Virus record (IMG/VR): IMGVR_UViG_3300028569_002801
Span: 32,001 to 96,000 of that record
From: a virus
DNA: 64,000 bases
Direction: 5' to 3' (one strand)
The translations under genes and the position numbers were made by a program. The notes beneath the pieces were generated by a model, which saw only the letters and a list, made by a program, of their open reading frames with translations, was not told the DNA's origin and searched no databases. Of this stretch, positions 29,182-40,403 are shown one piece after another. Positions within the stretch are counted from its first letter, which is position 1. Each line of letters starts with the position of its first letter.

Positions 29182-30324
29182 TTATGTGGTTTTTATTCGA
29201 TAATACCCATAACCGTATCTTACAAGATCACCAATATTATCAACCTCACCTAACCTTTGTAGTGGTTCAAATGCCGAATACTTACCCCTTTCTATATAAA
29301 CATCCGTTTGTATTTCAGGTGACATAACAAAATCAAGTAAATACTCATTTTTAGTCATTGCCGATGCGATTATATCATTTGATGTTATACCACTACTATT
29401 AACAATATAAAAGGTTTTACCATTAACTAAATCGTAATAATTAACATTATTAATTGTATAGGCAGTATAATCAGGAGTCATTGAGTCAACTTGACCAAAT
29501 ACTTGATTGTTTTTATTAAACACATAACCGACGGTGTATGGTGCTGGACCCCACCTTTTTAAATCTTGTATCCTTGATTTTGTGAATCCAGAAATTGGGA
29601 ATGGTACTGTCGTGAAGTTACTTGATATTTGATATGGTATATTATTTTGTGCGTCCCCATCAAAAATGTAGTTATAAGATATTGGCGTATTAGCCCAATT
29701 ACCTTGTTGTGGTATAAATGTTATAGTTCCTTGTGGATTCGTAACTGATGCCAAAACTAAAGGTATTGTTATTGGTTTTTCTATTATGGTTACCCCCCAC
29801 GGATTTGACCCCGATAATGTTATTGTATAATCACCTGAACTTACATATGTATGATTTAAAAATGACGTTGTTAGTGGTTGTGATAAACCATCTCCCCAAT
29901 CAACACTATATGTTGTGAAGTCTAAATAACTAACAGTAAAATCTCCAGAAGTGTTATATAATGTAACTTCATACGTATTAAATGGGTTTGCTCCTGAAAA
30001 TAAAAAGTTGGTTACTATATCTTTTTGTAATATTAATCCGTCAAATTCAGAATAAAACCCAATGTCGTTATATGTTTGTGTAAACATGATAGGTATCGTT
30101 AATCCTGTTAATACCGAATCTCCGTTTGTCCCCCCACTTAAAATGTCAGACATTCCAGAGTAAATATATATTTGATCCGTTCTAAAAATTTGATTAGGTA
30201 CCGCAAGATCTAGACACGGTTGTTCCTCATAACTATACCCCGTATCTGCGGTATAAATAAACCCGTATATGTCTAAAGCTAAGGTTTCGGGTGATATTAA
30301 AATACTAAATTTTTCTGATTCCAT
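29182..30324 (-). CDS. putative structural protein with PKD-like domain
   Basis: YSVDWGDG...HTYVSSGDYTITL PKD-like motif. Confidence 0.65.
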   Translation of the reverse strand: MESEKFSILISPETLALDIYGFIYTADTGYSYEEQPCLDLAVPNQIFRTDQIYIYSGMSDILSGGTNGDSVLTGLTIPIMFTQTYNDIGFYSEFDGLILQKDIVTNFLFSGANPFNTYEVTLYNTSGDFTVSYLDFTTYSVDWGDGLSQPLTTSFLNHTYVSSGDYTITLSGSNPWGVTIIEKPITIPLVLASVTNPQGTITFIPQQGNWANTPISYNYIFDGDAQNNIPYQISSNFTTVPFPISGFTKSRIQDLKRWGPAPYTVGYVFNKNNQVFGQVDSMTPDYTAYTINNVNYYDLVNGKTFYIVNSSGITSNDIIASAMTKNEYLLDFVMSPEIQTDVYIERGKYSAFEPLQRLGEVDNIGDLVRYGYGYYRIKTT

Positions 30325-31169
30325 TATGGGTTAACGTATTCATACCAGATTATAGCTTCAGAGGCTAAAGGACCAACACCAACTCTTGTTAATGCTGGAG
30401 TTTCTTTATATATTTTATATTCATATGTTGAATAATCTATATCTACTTTATAGTAAAAGTACTGTGATTTATCAAAGTTGTACACCGTAGGTCCAACTAA
30501 TGACGATTGTGGTGTGTTCATCATTCTTACAAATTGTCCTTTTTTTGCATTAAAGAATTTAGCACTCATATAAAATGTGGTGTTTGTTAAATATGATGGG
30601 TTTTTCAACCAATAATAAAAAAACCCCTCTTTATCTGCACCAACATAATCAAGTAAAAATTTTGGTTTTTTAACGTCTACCTGTGTAGGATTTAAAATTG
30701 GACCAATGAAACCAGGTTCTTTTAATCCTTGTTGTGTTGGTAGTACCACTGAAAAAAGTATCTTTTGATTTTCAGGTACTTTAGTGTCGTAAAAATCCAA
30801 TTTAAAAAAACTACCTTTAAATGAATTTGCAAAATAATATATCTCACTGTCAGTAAAAGTCGCATACTGATAATCATCTAACCAATTAGTGATTGATGGT
30901 GGGTTATTCATAAAGTCTGTTGTTGTTGCTGGATCAAAAAAGTTAAATTGGTAGTATATCTCTGTTTTATCTTGATTTAAATCCCACGGCGCGTGAGCAA
31001 ATTTTGTAGTTTCAAAATCATCAATACCGTTTATCGCCTTTTTAACAACTTCGGATTCATATTCCTCAACACCCATTTCCCTACCTTCGGTATCAAAAGA
31101 TAATTCAATAGGTATAATAACATCTCTATCATTAACATTAAGATTAAATCTATAGTAATTATTATTCAC
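30324..31169 (-). CDS. putative structural protein
   Basis: 281-aa ORF in coupled structural operon. Confidence 0.55.
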   Translation of the reverse strand: MNNNYYRFNLNVNDRDVIIPIELSFDTEGREMGVEEYESEVVKKAINGIDDFETTKFAHAPWDLNQDKTEIYYQFNFFDPATTTDFMNNPPSITNWLDDYQYATFTDSEIYYFANSFKGSFFKLDFYDTKVPENQKILFSVVLPTQQGLKEPGFIGPILNPTQVDVKKPKFLLDYVGADKEGFFYYWLKNPSYLTNTTFYMSAKFFNAKKGQFVRMMNTPQSSLVGPTVYNFDKSQYFYYKVDIDYSTYEYKIYKETPALTRVGVGPLASEAIIWYEYVNP

Positions 31170-32913
31170 AGTCGTCGTTAATTGGATCGTTTATCAATGA
31201 TGTTGTCACCATATTATTTCTCTTAATAGGTTTTTGTAAAAACAATATGTTTTTAAATGGATAATGGGCACCGTTTATAAATGGGTTATCAATACCAATT
31301 CCGTCACCATCTATGTATCCATATGTATATATATCCCTCCATATGAAAGTCTCTTCGTATTGTGAATACCAAGCATAGTTAGGGATATTATCTACCTCAC
31401 CTTTTTTACCATATTCTAAATAGTCACTAAATACCCGTATAGGTACTTCGTAGTGTGGTTCATATGCGTAACCACTCGGTAAATTTAATGGTGAATTATC
31501 TAAAAAATTAATAGGGTTAAATGAATATTTGTGATATAATGATGATATAACATATTCTTTTTGTTCCATATAATTATACTCACAAAAATCACCTTTAATA
31601 ACGTCACCAACATTTAATAAGTTGTTATAATAAAAATATTGACCACTACCAACGGGGTATTCGTATGAGGATGATGTTATATTATCTTTATTTATAGATG
31701 ATCCGTGATCCCACCAGTTATCTACATTATTTCTTTGGAAGTTAAATCCCCAACCAATATCCAACCCAACAACATTACCGTTTTGGTTTATCGATGGTGG
31801 GTTAAACCAACCCATGTATCCTCTTTGTATTATACTAACAAATAAATCCATTACGGGTTTACCGTTATTATCTTTTAATTGGTTTATTTCAATATCTTTA
31901 TCAAAACTATAACTAAAGGTTTTTGATCCATCTTTAACGGATACCCTTTGTAGTTGGTTTGGTGTAAGTGCTGAATATTCCAATTTTGATTTAACAGGAA
32001 ATGGATTTGTTTCAAACCCCGCCTGTAATAAATTAACGTCTTCAGCGTTTGTTAATATTTTATGTAGTCTAACATAGTATATAGATTTAGTTTCTCCACT
32101 ATTTTGTATATTACTTATTCTTTTAAAATTACCATATGTTCCTGTTGTTGTTTGAGCCACAGGGAATTTTAAATCATATATACTAAAGACATTTTCTTCT
32201 GTACCGTAAGTCCCATCACCAACACCATATACTTCAAATGTGTTTTTACCCCCCAAACCTAATGGGTTTGTTGGTATTGATAACTCAACGTTTTCTCCGG
32301 GTTTTAAATTGTGTTTAGTTCCACAATAAAAATAAACTAAAGATTTACCATTAAATGATGAGGTATCAATAACAAATGGTATCCCATCGGACGCAATAAA
32401 ATTATTAGTAACGTTAAATTGTTCACTCGTATACGCCATTGCATGTTGGGTGTCACTACTAAACCCATATGATAAATAAATCGACCAATTATATGTTGTT
32501 GAACTTTTTGCAACAAACGGGATGTGTCCGATAATTCCTTGTTTTCTAATGAACGTAAACTCTTCAAATTGTGGATAACCTTCCCACAACACTGATGGGT
32601 TAGGTGGTGTATTAGCAGTAGCATTTGCAATAGCGTTAGTGTAGTATAACGTATTTCTATATGGTGTGTAAGATGTTTTTCCACTAACCGTATTGTTAAA
32701 AACATTTACAATTTTACCTGAAACTCTAATTGTTCCACTTTCTTGTCTTTCTTTATTGAATAACTCCTCTTGGTTAACAGTAATCGATCTGTCACCTTCA
32801 ACCATTGTCCTTCTATCACCAATTAATGGTGGTTGTATCCATACATCTTTATCCGTACTTGCTGCGTATCGTTTTGAACCTAAGACAATTAATATTTCGT
32901 TTTCATTAGACAT
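31162..32913 (-). CDS. putative structural protein
   Basis: 583-aa ORF in coupled structural operon. Confidence 0.55.
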   Translation of the reverse strand: MSNENEILIVLGSKRYAASTDKDVWIQPPLIGDRRTMVEGDRSITVNQEELFNKERQESGTIRVSGKIVNVFNNTVSGKTSYTPYRNTLYYTNAIANATANTPPNPSVLWEGYPQFEEFTFIRKQGIIGHIPFVAKSSTTYNWSIYLSYGFSSDTQHAMAYTSEQFNVTNNFIASDGIPFVIDTSSFNGKSLVYFYCGTKHNLKPGENVELSIPTNPLGLGGKNTFEVYGVGDGTYGTEENVFSIYDLKFPVAQTTTGTYGNFKRISNIQNSGETKSIYYVRLHKILTNAEDVNLLQAGFETNPFPVKSKLEYSALTPNQLQRVSVKDGSKTFSYSFDKDIEINQLKDNNGKPVMDLFVSIIQRGYMGWFNPPSINQNGNVVGLDIGWGFNFQRNNVDNWWDHGSSINKDNITSSSYEYPVGSGQYFYYNNLLNVGDVIKGDFCEYNYMEQKEYVISSLYHKYSFNPINFLDNSPLNLPSGYAYEPHYEVPIRVFSDYLEYGKKGEVDNIPNYAWYSQYEETFIWRDIYTYGYIDGDGIGIDNPFINGAHYPFKNILFLQKPIKRNNMVTTSLINDPINDDCE

Positions 32914-35900
32914 CTTGATTTAAAATGTATTTTGTTATATATCTGTTTATTGAGCTTTTACCTTTACCTAAACCAAAATAAAAATGGTATGGTGAACCAA
33001 CCAAGAAAGGATTTTGTTGTCCTGCCGGCATAGTTTCATCTGTCGAACCACCCGGTGTTGAGTTATATATATAACCTCTTCTACCTGTGTTTAAATTATT
33101 AAAGTATTGTGAAAATGGTGACTGATAAAAACTTAAGTCTTGGTATTTTTGAGAGTAGAATCCTCCACTACCTAATAAGTTTGTCTCCCAATCATTTAAA
33201 TCGCTACCAAATATTGTATTTACAGATCCTTGGTTCAATTTCCATTGATAAAATGGTACTTCTTGAGTTTTAGGGTAACCAAAATAATTTGTAAGTGTTG
33301 GAGTAAATGTTGTTATTCCTGGTGACACGACTATTCTATTTTCAGTGTTTGAGGTAAAGAATACTCCAATCGTTGCGTCTCCTGCGGTGGCAATATATAT
33401 ATCACCAACACCATCATATGTGTCTTCATCAAACCCTTCAACGCCATACTCTGAATTAATACTAAATAATTGTACAATGTCTCCGTCCAGTCTATCTTCA
33501 CTTCTTGAAAACATTCTATTAATTGATGCATCCCCAAAATTAAATATCTGTTGTAAAAAACTAGTATTAATAAGTCTTGATACAATAAATAACTGTAATA
33601 AATCTGACGTATCGTTATAGGATGTTGATTTAATTGTGTCAACAATATACCCCTCAAAGTCAGGGTTAGTACAAATTTCTTTAGTAAATTCATCTCTTGC
33701 ACCTAAATCCATAATAGTTGTTGGGAAAAATATATTCCTTTCGTTAGCCCCACCAAAATCAACAGGTAGAAGTGTTGGGTTTGAGTATGTCCCTTGTTTT
33801 GGTATTTGTCCAACAAAATTATTTGAGTCGTATGGTGTTGATCTATAGAAAAATGAGTTTGTTGTATTTTCTGTATAAAAAATTGGTCCTTGTCCAGGTC
33901 TAATGGTACTATCATACGTACCACAAAACTTATATTTTTTTGGTTGTCCGACAATGTTAAAAATTGTTTGTTTTTTAAATGAGAACATATATAAAGTACC
34001 ATTAACCCAATTGTTTTGGAAAACGTGTGCGAAGATTCCTCTACATGCACCAAACATCATTCTAAATCTAAGTTTCCATTCGGTAAAGTTTTCAAAGTCT
34101 TTTTTAATGTTTACCACATATGGTTTTTGAATAAATTGATAACATCCTGATTTAATCCTTACCGGGTCTTCATTATCATCACAAGGAGTTTCTATACCAA
34201 AACTATTTGTTGCCGCATCAATTGTATAACATTTTAATGGAACCATACCTGCACAATCAAAAGAACTTAAAACACTGCTCGCCGCGTTAGGTACGTCAGG
34301 ACCAAAGTCTTGTGAATTGTTTGATGAGTCTGTTGATCCAACACCAACAATTAAAGTTTCGGCATTTTCTGATAAAATATATGATGTAAAATTATCATTT
34401 TGATGTAATGAGAAACTATTTAAACCATCGTTTTGATTAACATCAGAAGTTGGTAATCTGTCAGATCTTAAAACTAACTTGGGGTTTGCCCCCGAAGGTA
34501 TTGTTACTGAAAGAGCCCCTGACGTTGTTGTATATGCGGGAGAATATATCCTACCATTATAACTTGATAATGGGTTAAAATCGTTATTTGGATTTTGTGT
34601 TGTTGCCATATAGGATCCACCTTCTGTATTACCTTGTAAAATACCTGTAGTGTTATAGTATTTTATAGTGTTAATACCATTTTCAGAAACCGCAACTGTT
34701 GAGTAATACGTTCCTAATCCATTACCTGAACCAGGATTCCATCCACCACCTAATGATTTATCCAATGAAGAATAATATCTAATAGATGTTGATGTTACGG
34801 AACTAAACTGAGTTCCGCTTAATTGAAAGTTAAACGGTTGATGGTATATACTAGATGTTGCGTATGGTGTTGTATGTGCTTCTGGTGATCTATTGTTATT
34901 ATACCAAGCACCTGAACCTGAGTTTGGTTGTATTGGTACATTTAAATTAAATTGTCCTCTAACATTAACAGTGTTTGAACCTAATGGATACCCAAAAATT
35001 TTAGATAAGTCATAATTAATATCCTGTTTTTCTGAATAGGTATCAACCCCTCTAACCAATATTAAAACATTCATATCTTTCCAACCATCACCATTAAGTG
35101 TTAATGGGTTAATTCGTTCGGTAAACGTTGATGTATTTCCATTCCTATATCTTATAAGTTGTAATTTATTTAAAACATATTTTCTTATCAATGATGATGT
35201 GTCATATTGTGTTGCCGTATTTGGGTTATTATTAATATTTATTCCACTCGCTAAAATGTCCGCATTATATGCTGTCATACCTGTAATCACTTGGTAATAC
35301 TCTAACCCTGTTTTAAACTTATATTCTTTTTCTGATGAGGTTCCAGATACTTGTATATTAATCGTTACTGAATTACCAATTTGGTTTACGTATGTTAATG
35401 GTGTATTTGTAACGGCAGTATATGATGTTCCCGTTATTGTGTTAGAACCGAATTGGTTTGTTACTCCACTGACAATATTAATATCATTAATATTATTAGG
35501 GTTAGTAAATGTTACTAACGTACCTGACGGATATGTGCCTAATGTAGATTGATCACAAAGTAACACTATAATGTTATCAGTAAATGGTGTTCCATTATTT
35601 ACCGTTGTAGTAATAACATTAGGTGCCGTTGTGTCAAAATATCTACTTCTTATATTTGCCAAATTTAAAGATTGTGAATACGTAATATCCTCTTGACTAT
35701 AGTATTTTTCATTTGTCTCTGTAAAATCTTTCGTTATTGGCATCCCAATTTCAGGAGATGTTGGGAACCCCGCAATACCATATCTAATACCATAACTATC
35801 TGCTTGATATTTTTGGTTTTTCTTAGTGTCACTTCCTGAATATTGATCCGGACTTAACTCACAAAAATACGTTGGTCCAGGGGTTGGTGACGTGTACGCA

Positions 35901-37939
35901 CCTTGTGTGATTTGATCGTCATTAGAATCAAAGTTACAAATATTAACGTTTGGTACCCCACCCCAAAAGTCGTTAGAGTTAACATTCGCCAAAAACGAAT
36001 TATTACCTCTTGTATTGACAGTATACTTACCTATCTTTGTTTCAGCGTTTGCGCTACCTCCCAAAGGCGAATCGGTTATCTCTTCCAATTCCAAGTCAGG
36101 CGAGTCACAAGAACACGCCTCACAGTCAGGATATGACATCATTGGGAGATTAATCCCTTTAAAGTTAAACTTAGTTAACATTGGTGATACTTTAGCTGCG
36201 AATAGAATTGCTGCAGCTATAAAGACAACTGCCGCTAAACTATAAAGAACAATTAACCCAATTGCGGGATAGGCAACAATTGCCGCTGCAATGTATTGGT
36301 ACGCCAAATACAACAAATATACAGGGAAAAATATAGCAATAACCCATTTTAATATCGGCCAAACAAGAGCTAATACATGTAAGACAGGTATAAGTGCGTA
36401 TAATATAGGACTAAAAATAGTCACAACTAAATTAAATAAGAAAAAGATAAAATCAAAATTTCTTACACCATCGTTAACGGGAAATCTATTTGTTGTTGTT
36501 GTACAAGTCCTATCCGTAATTTCTTTTATTCCTAAATGTCTACTTCTATTATATCCCCATTTCCACCTATCAATAAAATTTGCAATAGTATAAACTTTAT
36601 TAAAATGAAATTCATAAAATCTATCCTCACAATTTATTGCTTCTTGAATCATTTGTAAGCCGATTGTTGTTCCCGTATCTCCATAGTCGTTCCAATCTAA
36701 ACTAAACCCATATGAAAATAATTGGGCGTTTAAATCTGTTGGTTGGCTTGTGTTACCTGCCGACCATCCCCACTCTTTAATATTAGGAACTAAATAATCT
36801 GCCCTTAGTATGTTATTTTCTAACCCATCTTCATTCTGATATTGGATTCTAAATCTATATTTTGCCTTTGTTGGAATACCTACTGTCGGGTCGTTTGAAA
36901 GTATTTGTTCCCCAAATTCGTTTGTTGTTACGTAATCCAAATTCATAGGTACCTCAGTTAACCATGTCCCTTCGTCATCAATTATTTTACCTCCTTCAGG
37001 TAAACTATATTGTTCCAATATTGGTCTACCATTGGTATCATAATCTATTGTTTGTCTTACTGCTAAAATTGTTCCTGACGATGAAACTAAATCACAAAGA
37101 TTACCTGAATCTTTTTTAGGTTTACAATTAGTTTTTAAGAAGTCTTCTTCTGCGGTTGAGAATATTGACCCCATAAATATGGAGTGAGGTTTAACTTCAA
37201 TACCAATATCTCTTAAATCAAAATCTACTCTTGTAATACCAACATCACATAACTCCTCTTCTCCCCAAAAAGATGTCACGTCAGCATCTATTTTTATGTT
37301 TACTATCTGTGGTAATGATGCTAAGTCTGTTGACGACTTGAATTGATCTCCGTTAAATTGTTCAGGACCAGCCATACCCATTCTAATTAAATCGGCAGGG
37401 CGTAAAGAGAAACAACCAATATTAGATAAGTCTAAATCTAAAACTACAGTTTGTATTCCTAACGGAACACCAATAATCATAAAGTCACCACTTTCGTTTG
37501 TTTTAACGGTGAACTTATAATACTTGTCATAAACCTCAAGTACTTCTTTTCTTGTTAATACGTCTTCTCTATCGGGAAATGTACCTGTTGGTGTATGTCC
37601 ACCATATTCTTGTCTATATGGTAATAGATTATATCTATATCCATCATCATTTTTAATATCTAAAGTTTTATAGGGATATAATGTTGATATTACAACATCA
37701 TCTTCGTCTTCAGGATCTAACGGTACAAACACCGAAACTGTTGCGTTTGGTATTCCGTATCCACCATTAACTATTACTCTTCCAGCAATAACCCCATAGT
37801 CGGCACAAAAACGTGTATACACATCGTCTTGTCTTAATTTTAATGATAATATTTCTAAAAAATCAAAATCTTGATTAACATTAATTCTTATGTTTTTGTC
37901 AACACCAGGTTGAGTTCTTATTCTATAACTTTTAGTCAT
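32906..37939 (-). CDS. large structural protein with N-terminal carboxypeptidase-regulatory-like Ig domain and internal hydrophobic helices
   Basis: GVIAGRVIVNGGYGIPNATVSV...TNESGDFMIIGVP; ~90-aa hydrophobic stretch; follows the gp6-like gene. Confidence 0.6.
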   Translation of the reverse strand: MTKSYRIRTQPGVDKNIRINVNQDFDFLEILSLKLRQDDVYTRFCADYGVIAGRVIVNGGYGIPNATVSVFVPLDPEDEDDVVISTLYPYKTLDIKNDDGYRYNLLPYRQEYGGHTPTGTFPDREDVLTRKEVLEVYDKYYKFTVKTNESGDFMIIGVPLGIQTVVLDLDLSNIGCFSLRPADLIRMGMAGPEQFNGDQFKSSTDLASLPQIVNIKIDADVTSFWGEEELCDVGITRVDFDLRDIGIEVKPHSIFMGSIFSTAEEDFLKTNCKPKKDSGNLCDLVSSSGTILAVRQTIDYDTNGRPILEQYSLPEGGKIIDDEGTWLTEVPMNLDYVTTNEFGEQILSNDPTVGIPTKAKYRFRIQYQNEDGLENNILRADYLVPNIKEWGWSAGNTSQPTDLNAQLFSYGFSLDWNDYGDTGTTIGLQMIQEAINCEDRFYEFHFNKVYTIANFIDRWKWGYNRSRHLGIKEITDRTCTTTTNRFPVNDGVRNFDFIFFLFNLVVTIFSPILYALIPVLHVLALVWPILKWVIAIFFPVYLLYLAYQYIAAAIVAYPAIGLIVLYSLAAVVFIAAAILFAAKVSPMLTKFNFKGINLPMMSYPDCEACSCDSPDLELEEITDSPLGGSANAETKIGKYTVNTRGNNSFLANVNSNDFWGGVPNVNICNFDSNDDQITQGAYTSPTPGPTYFCELSPDQYSGSDTKKNQKYQADSYGIRYGIAGFPTSPEIGMPITKDFTETNEKYYSQEDITYSQSLNLANIRSRYFDTTAPNVITTTVNNGTPFTDNIIVLLCDQSTLGTYPSGTLVTFTNPNNINDINIVSGVTNQFGSNTITGTSYTAVTNTPLTYVNQIGNSVTINIQVSGTSSEKEYKFKTGLEYYQVITGMTAYNADILASGININNNPNTATQYDTSSLIRKYVLNKLQLIRYRNGNTSTFTERINPLTLNGDGWKDMNVLILVRGVDTYSEKQDINYDLSKIFGYPLGSNTVNVRGQFNLNVPIQPNSGSGAWYNNNRSPEAHTTPYATSSIYHQPFNFQLSGTQFSSVTSTSIRYYSSLDKSLGGGWNPGSGNGLGTYYSTVAVSENGINTIKYYNTTGILQGNTEGGSYMATTQNPNNDFNPLSSYNGRIYSPAYTTTSGALSVTIPSGANPKLVLRSDRLPTSDVNQNDGLNSFSLHQNDNFTSYILSENAETLIVGVGSTDSSNNSQDFGPDVPNAASSVLSSFDCAGMVPLKCYTIDAATNSFGIETPCDDNEDPVRIKSGCYQFIQKPYVVNIKKDFENFTEWKLRFRMMFGACRGIFAHVFQNNWVNGTLYMFSFKKQTIFNIVGQPKKYKFCGTYDSTIRPGQGPIFYTENTTNSFFYRSTPYDSNNFVGQIPKQGTYSNPTLLPVDFGGANERNIFFPTTIMDLGARDEFTKEICTNPDFEGYIVDTIKSTSYNDTSDLLQLFIVSRLINTSFLQQIFNFGDASINRMFSRSEDRLDGDIVQLFSINSEYGVEGFDEDTYDGVGDIYIATAGDATIGVFFTSNTENRIVVSPGITTFTPTLTNYFGYPKTQEVPFYQWKLNQGSVNTIFGSDLNDWETNLLGSGGFYSQKYQDLSFYQSPFSQYFNNLNTGRRGYIYNSTPGGSTDETMPAGQQNPFLVGSPYHFYFGLGKGKSSINRYITKYILNQDV

Positions 37940-38011
37940 CAGTCTTTTAAAAATAAATAGTTATGTTCTTACTTTTAAAAAGTAAGGGTTATAGAAATAA
38001 AATAAAGAATC

Positions 38012-39850
38012 TTATGAAAAGTCTACGGTTTTTAGACTCTTAACTCTCACTTTAATGTCCTTGTTATTAAATCTAACTTGGTACACTTGATCGGGTTCTG
38101 CAAATATTGTATCGTCAATTAATGCAATTTCTCTTGTTGTTTTATCAAGATATTTTTGAGAAGTTTCAGATGAAGAGTATTGCCCACCAACTTTATTATA
38201 AACCTTTAAGTCTGATAGTGTTGATACCCCTGCAACATTTTGTATTAACCTTCTTACATCTGAAACGTTTACATTTTGTCCCAATTCTCTATTTCCTGGC
38301 TCCATATAGTTGGAGACGGAATTGATAATCTCAGTAATCACTTGTCCTTGGTTTCTATCTGATTCCATCACCACATAAATATCAAATTCAAGATCAATAA
38401 CTTTAGCAACGTCTATAGAGATATAATCATTAATCATTCTATATTTTGATAGGTATGTCGCTAAATTGGATTTTAAATTATTAGATACGACTTGTGTTAA
38501 TTTACCGTCAGTATCATAAGATAATATTTGGATTTTAATTTTATTGTTATTTTCAGTTATTGAAACCTTTGCTGGTGCTCCGTATTTACCAGGCATTGTG
38601 TCAATAATAGATTTGTAGTCATTTACTGTTACCGCCCTTTTTTGTGCGGCAAAATTAAATGTAACCATATTTCTAACTTCTTCGGTTGTTGGTGGATTTG
38701 CTCCACCTATTGCTGCAGTTACATTATTAATTGCTAATGATTGTAATACATTAGTGTTAACGATATCAGAAGGTCCCGTTAATGCAAAATCTATTGTCCC
38801 CACTTGATTTATAACACTGACACCTACATTAGTCGCCAATCCACCACCAATTCTATATTGTACAAATATAGTTGTACTTGGTTGTACTGTTAAACCTAAT
38901 CCTATATTATTTTGATAATTTGCTAAATCTAATTTAATACCGTTTCTTGCAAAATCAGCAAGTTGTTGATTTGGTGTCGTTGTTCCTCCACCAAATTGTA
39001 CTTTCATAAACCCTTCAGGTGTATACTCAGTAATGAATCTATTTTCTGTTTTAATATACTTACCAACCTTTACCCCGGCTTTGTCCGTTGGTTTTGTTAT
39101 ATCTTCAATAAATACAGTATCTTCGGCTAGAGCGTCGACTTCATACCATCTATTCTGAGAACTTAAAAAATCCCCGTATGTTGGTATGTTAGGATAACTT
39201 GTCCCGTCTTTTTGTATAATTGATGTTACCCCTAAAACGTTTCTTTCAGGTAAAAAAAAATTAAAAAATGGAACAACGTCAGCTGGATTAATAACTCTTT
39301 TAAATACTTTTGTAGTTCCATTAACTACTACCTCTCTTTTTGTAATAACGTAATTTATAATTTTATTATTAGCGTCAAAAGTTGGTCTTTTTGTTCTGTT
39401 TACAAATCCTTCATTATTATATTGTGTTGAGAAGTCAATGTCGTAAACTGTTTCAAATGTTGTCCCCGCACCATTAAATTGTGATCCAGCACGTAAGATA
39501 CCTAAATATCTATAATCCTCACTATCACCAAGTGGTGGTACAGTAATAGAAACATCAACCACAGCGACTGAAGGACGATAACCCGGTATTTTTAAACCAT
39601 AAGTTCTTGCTATGTTATATATAGAAGATCTTTGTTGTGCATATTGTAAAACCGTTTCTTGTATACTTCTGTCTATATGGAAATGTAAGTTATCGGCAAC
39701 TGCCGCATTTAAATCCATTAATACTGAAAACACAGAAGCGTCGTTAAAATTTTGTACTAACTCAGGATAATACTGTTTTGTATAATTTATTAAATCCTGT
39801 CTTAGACCCTGAAAGTCCCTATTAGTATAATTAATTTTTTGATTAGCCAT
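38012..39850 (-). CDS. baseplate wedge subunit (T4 gp6/baseplate J-like)
   Basis: INYTNRDFQGLRQDLINY, ARTYGLKIPG, YRIGGG, AAIGGA...QKRAVTVNDY. Confidence 0.88.
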   Translation of the reverse strand: MANQKINYTNRDFQGLRQDLINYTKQYYPELVQNFNDASVFSVLMDLNAAVADNLHFHIDRSIQETVLQYAQQRSSIYNIARTYGLKIPGYRPSVAVVDVSITVPPLGDSEDYRYLGILRAGSQFNGAGTTFETVYDIDFSTQYNNEGFVNRTKRPTFDANNKIINYVITKREVVVNGTTKVFKRVINPADVVPFFNFFLPERNVLGVTSIIQKDGTSYPNIPTYGDFLSSQNRWYEVDALAEDTVFIEDITKPTDKAGVKVGKYIKTENRFITEYTPEGFMKVQFGGGTTTPNQQLADFARNGIKLDLANYQNNIGLGLTVQPSTTIFVQYRIGGGLATNVGVSVINQVGTIDFALTGPSDIVNTNVLQSLAINNVTAAIGGANPPTTEEVRNMVTFNFAAQKRAVTVNDYKSIIDTMPGKYGAPAKVSITENNNKIKIQILSYDTDGKLTQVVSNNLKSNLATYLSKYRMINDYISIDVAKVIDLEFDIYVVMESDRNQGQVITEIINSVSNYMEPGNRELGQNVNVSDVRRLIQNVAGVSTLSDLKVYNKVGGQYSSSETSQKYLDKTTREIALIDDTIFAEPDQVYQVRFNNKDIKVRVKSLKTVDFS

Positions 39851-39852
39851 AT

Positions 39853-40317
39853 TTAAATGTTTATAATTACAAATTCTTTACTTCCAAAAGCCTTATTTTC
39901 GTCAGTATAGTCAATTTTTAGTTTTGCGGTGTATTCTGCAGTGTTTGCTCCGGGTATTTTATATATACTAGCCTGTCCCAAAAGTTCGTAATCCAATTGT
40001 CCAACAACCTCATCAGTTTCAGTGTAGGGTTCAATCGTTATACTATTAATTAAAAGATTAGGTATGTATTTTGCAACTTGTTCTTCAATGTCTGATTTAA
40101 TGTTTTCAAATGTTTCACCATCTAATGGTTCAAATATGAATTCATAAATTCTAGTACCAAAATCAGGTAAATAATACCTACTACCTTTTCTTGTCAAAAT
40201 TAAATGTAAAAGATTTGTTCTTATCTCTTCATCTGAAAATTGAGTTAATAGTAAATAATCCCCGACATTACTTTGTCTAAAAGGAAAACTTATTCCATAT
40301 GTTCTACCATCTGCCAT
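39853..40317 (-). CDS. baseplate wedge subunit (gp25/GPW-like)
   Basis: GISFPF, IRTNLLHLILTRKGSRYYLPDFGTRIYEFIFEP; start reassigned to MADG at 40317 because the longer ORF start overlaps a terminator and promoter motif. Confidence 0.9.
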   Translation of the reverse strand: MADGRTYGISFPFRQSNVGDYLLLTQFSDEEIRTNLLHLILTRKGSRYYLPDFGTRIYEFIFEPLDGETFENIKSDIEEQVAKYIPNLLINSITIEPYTETDEVVGQLDYELLGQASIYKIPGANTAEYTAKLKIDYTDENKAFGSKEFVIINI

Positions 40318-40365
40318 ATCTAATAAATATAGTGTTGCTAATTTTCTAATAAATAGATATAAAAT

Positions 40366-40393
40366 AAAAAATCCCAACTTACCGTTGGGATTT
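40366..40393 (-). terminator. intrinsic terminator ending the replication operon
   Basis: AAATCCCAAC-GGTAA-GTTGGGATTT plus T-run. Confidence 0.8.
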
Positions 40394-40403
40394 ATGTAAT
40401 TAA

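Noticed and set aside
37968-37986. Hairpin cttacttt-taa-aaagtaag between gp6-like gene and next gene as a terminator
   Set aside because: AT-rich stem, 3-nt loop and no adjacent U-tract; too weak to call
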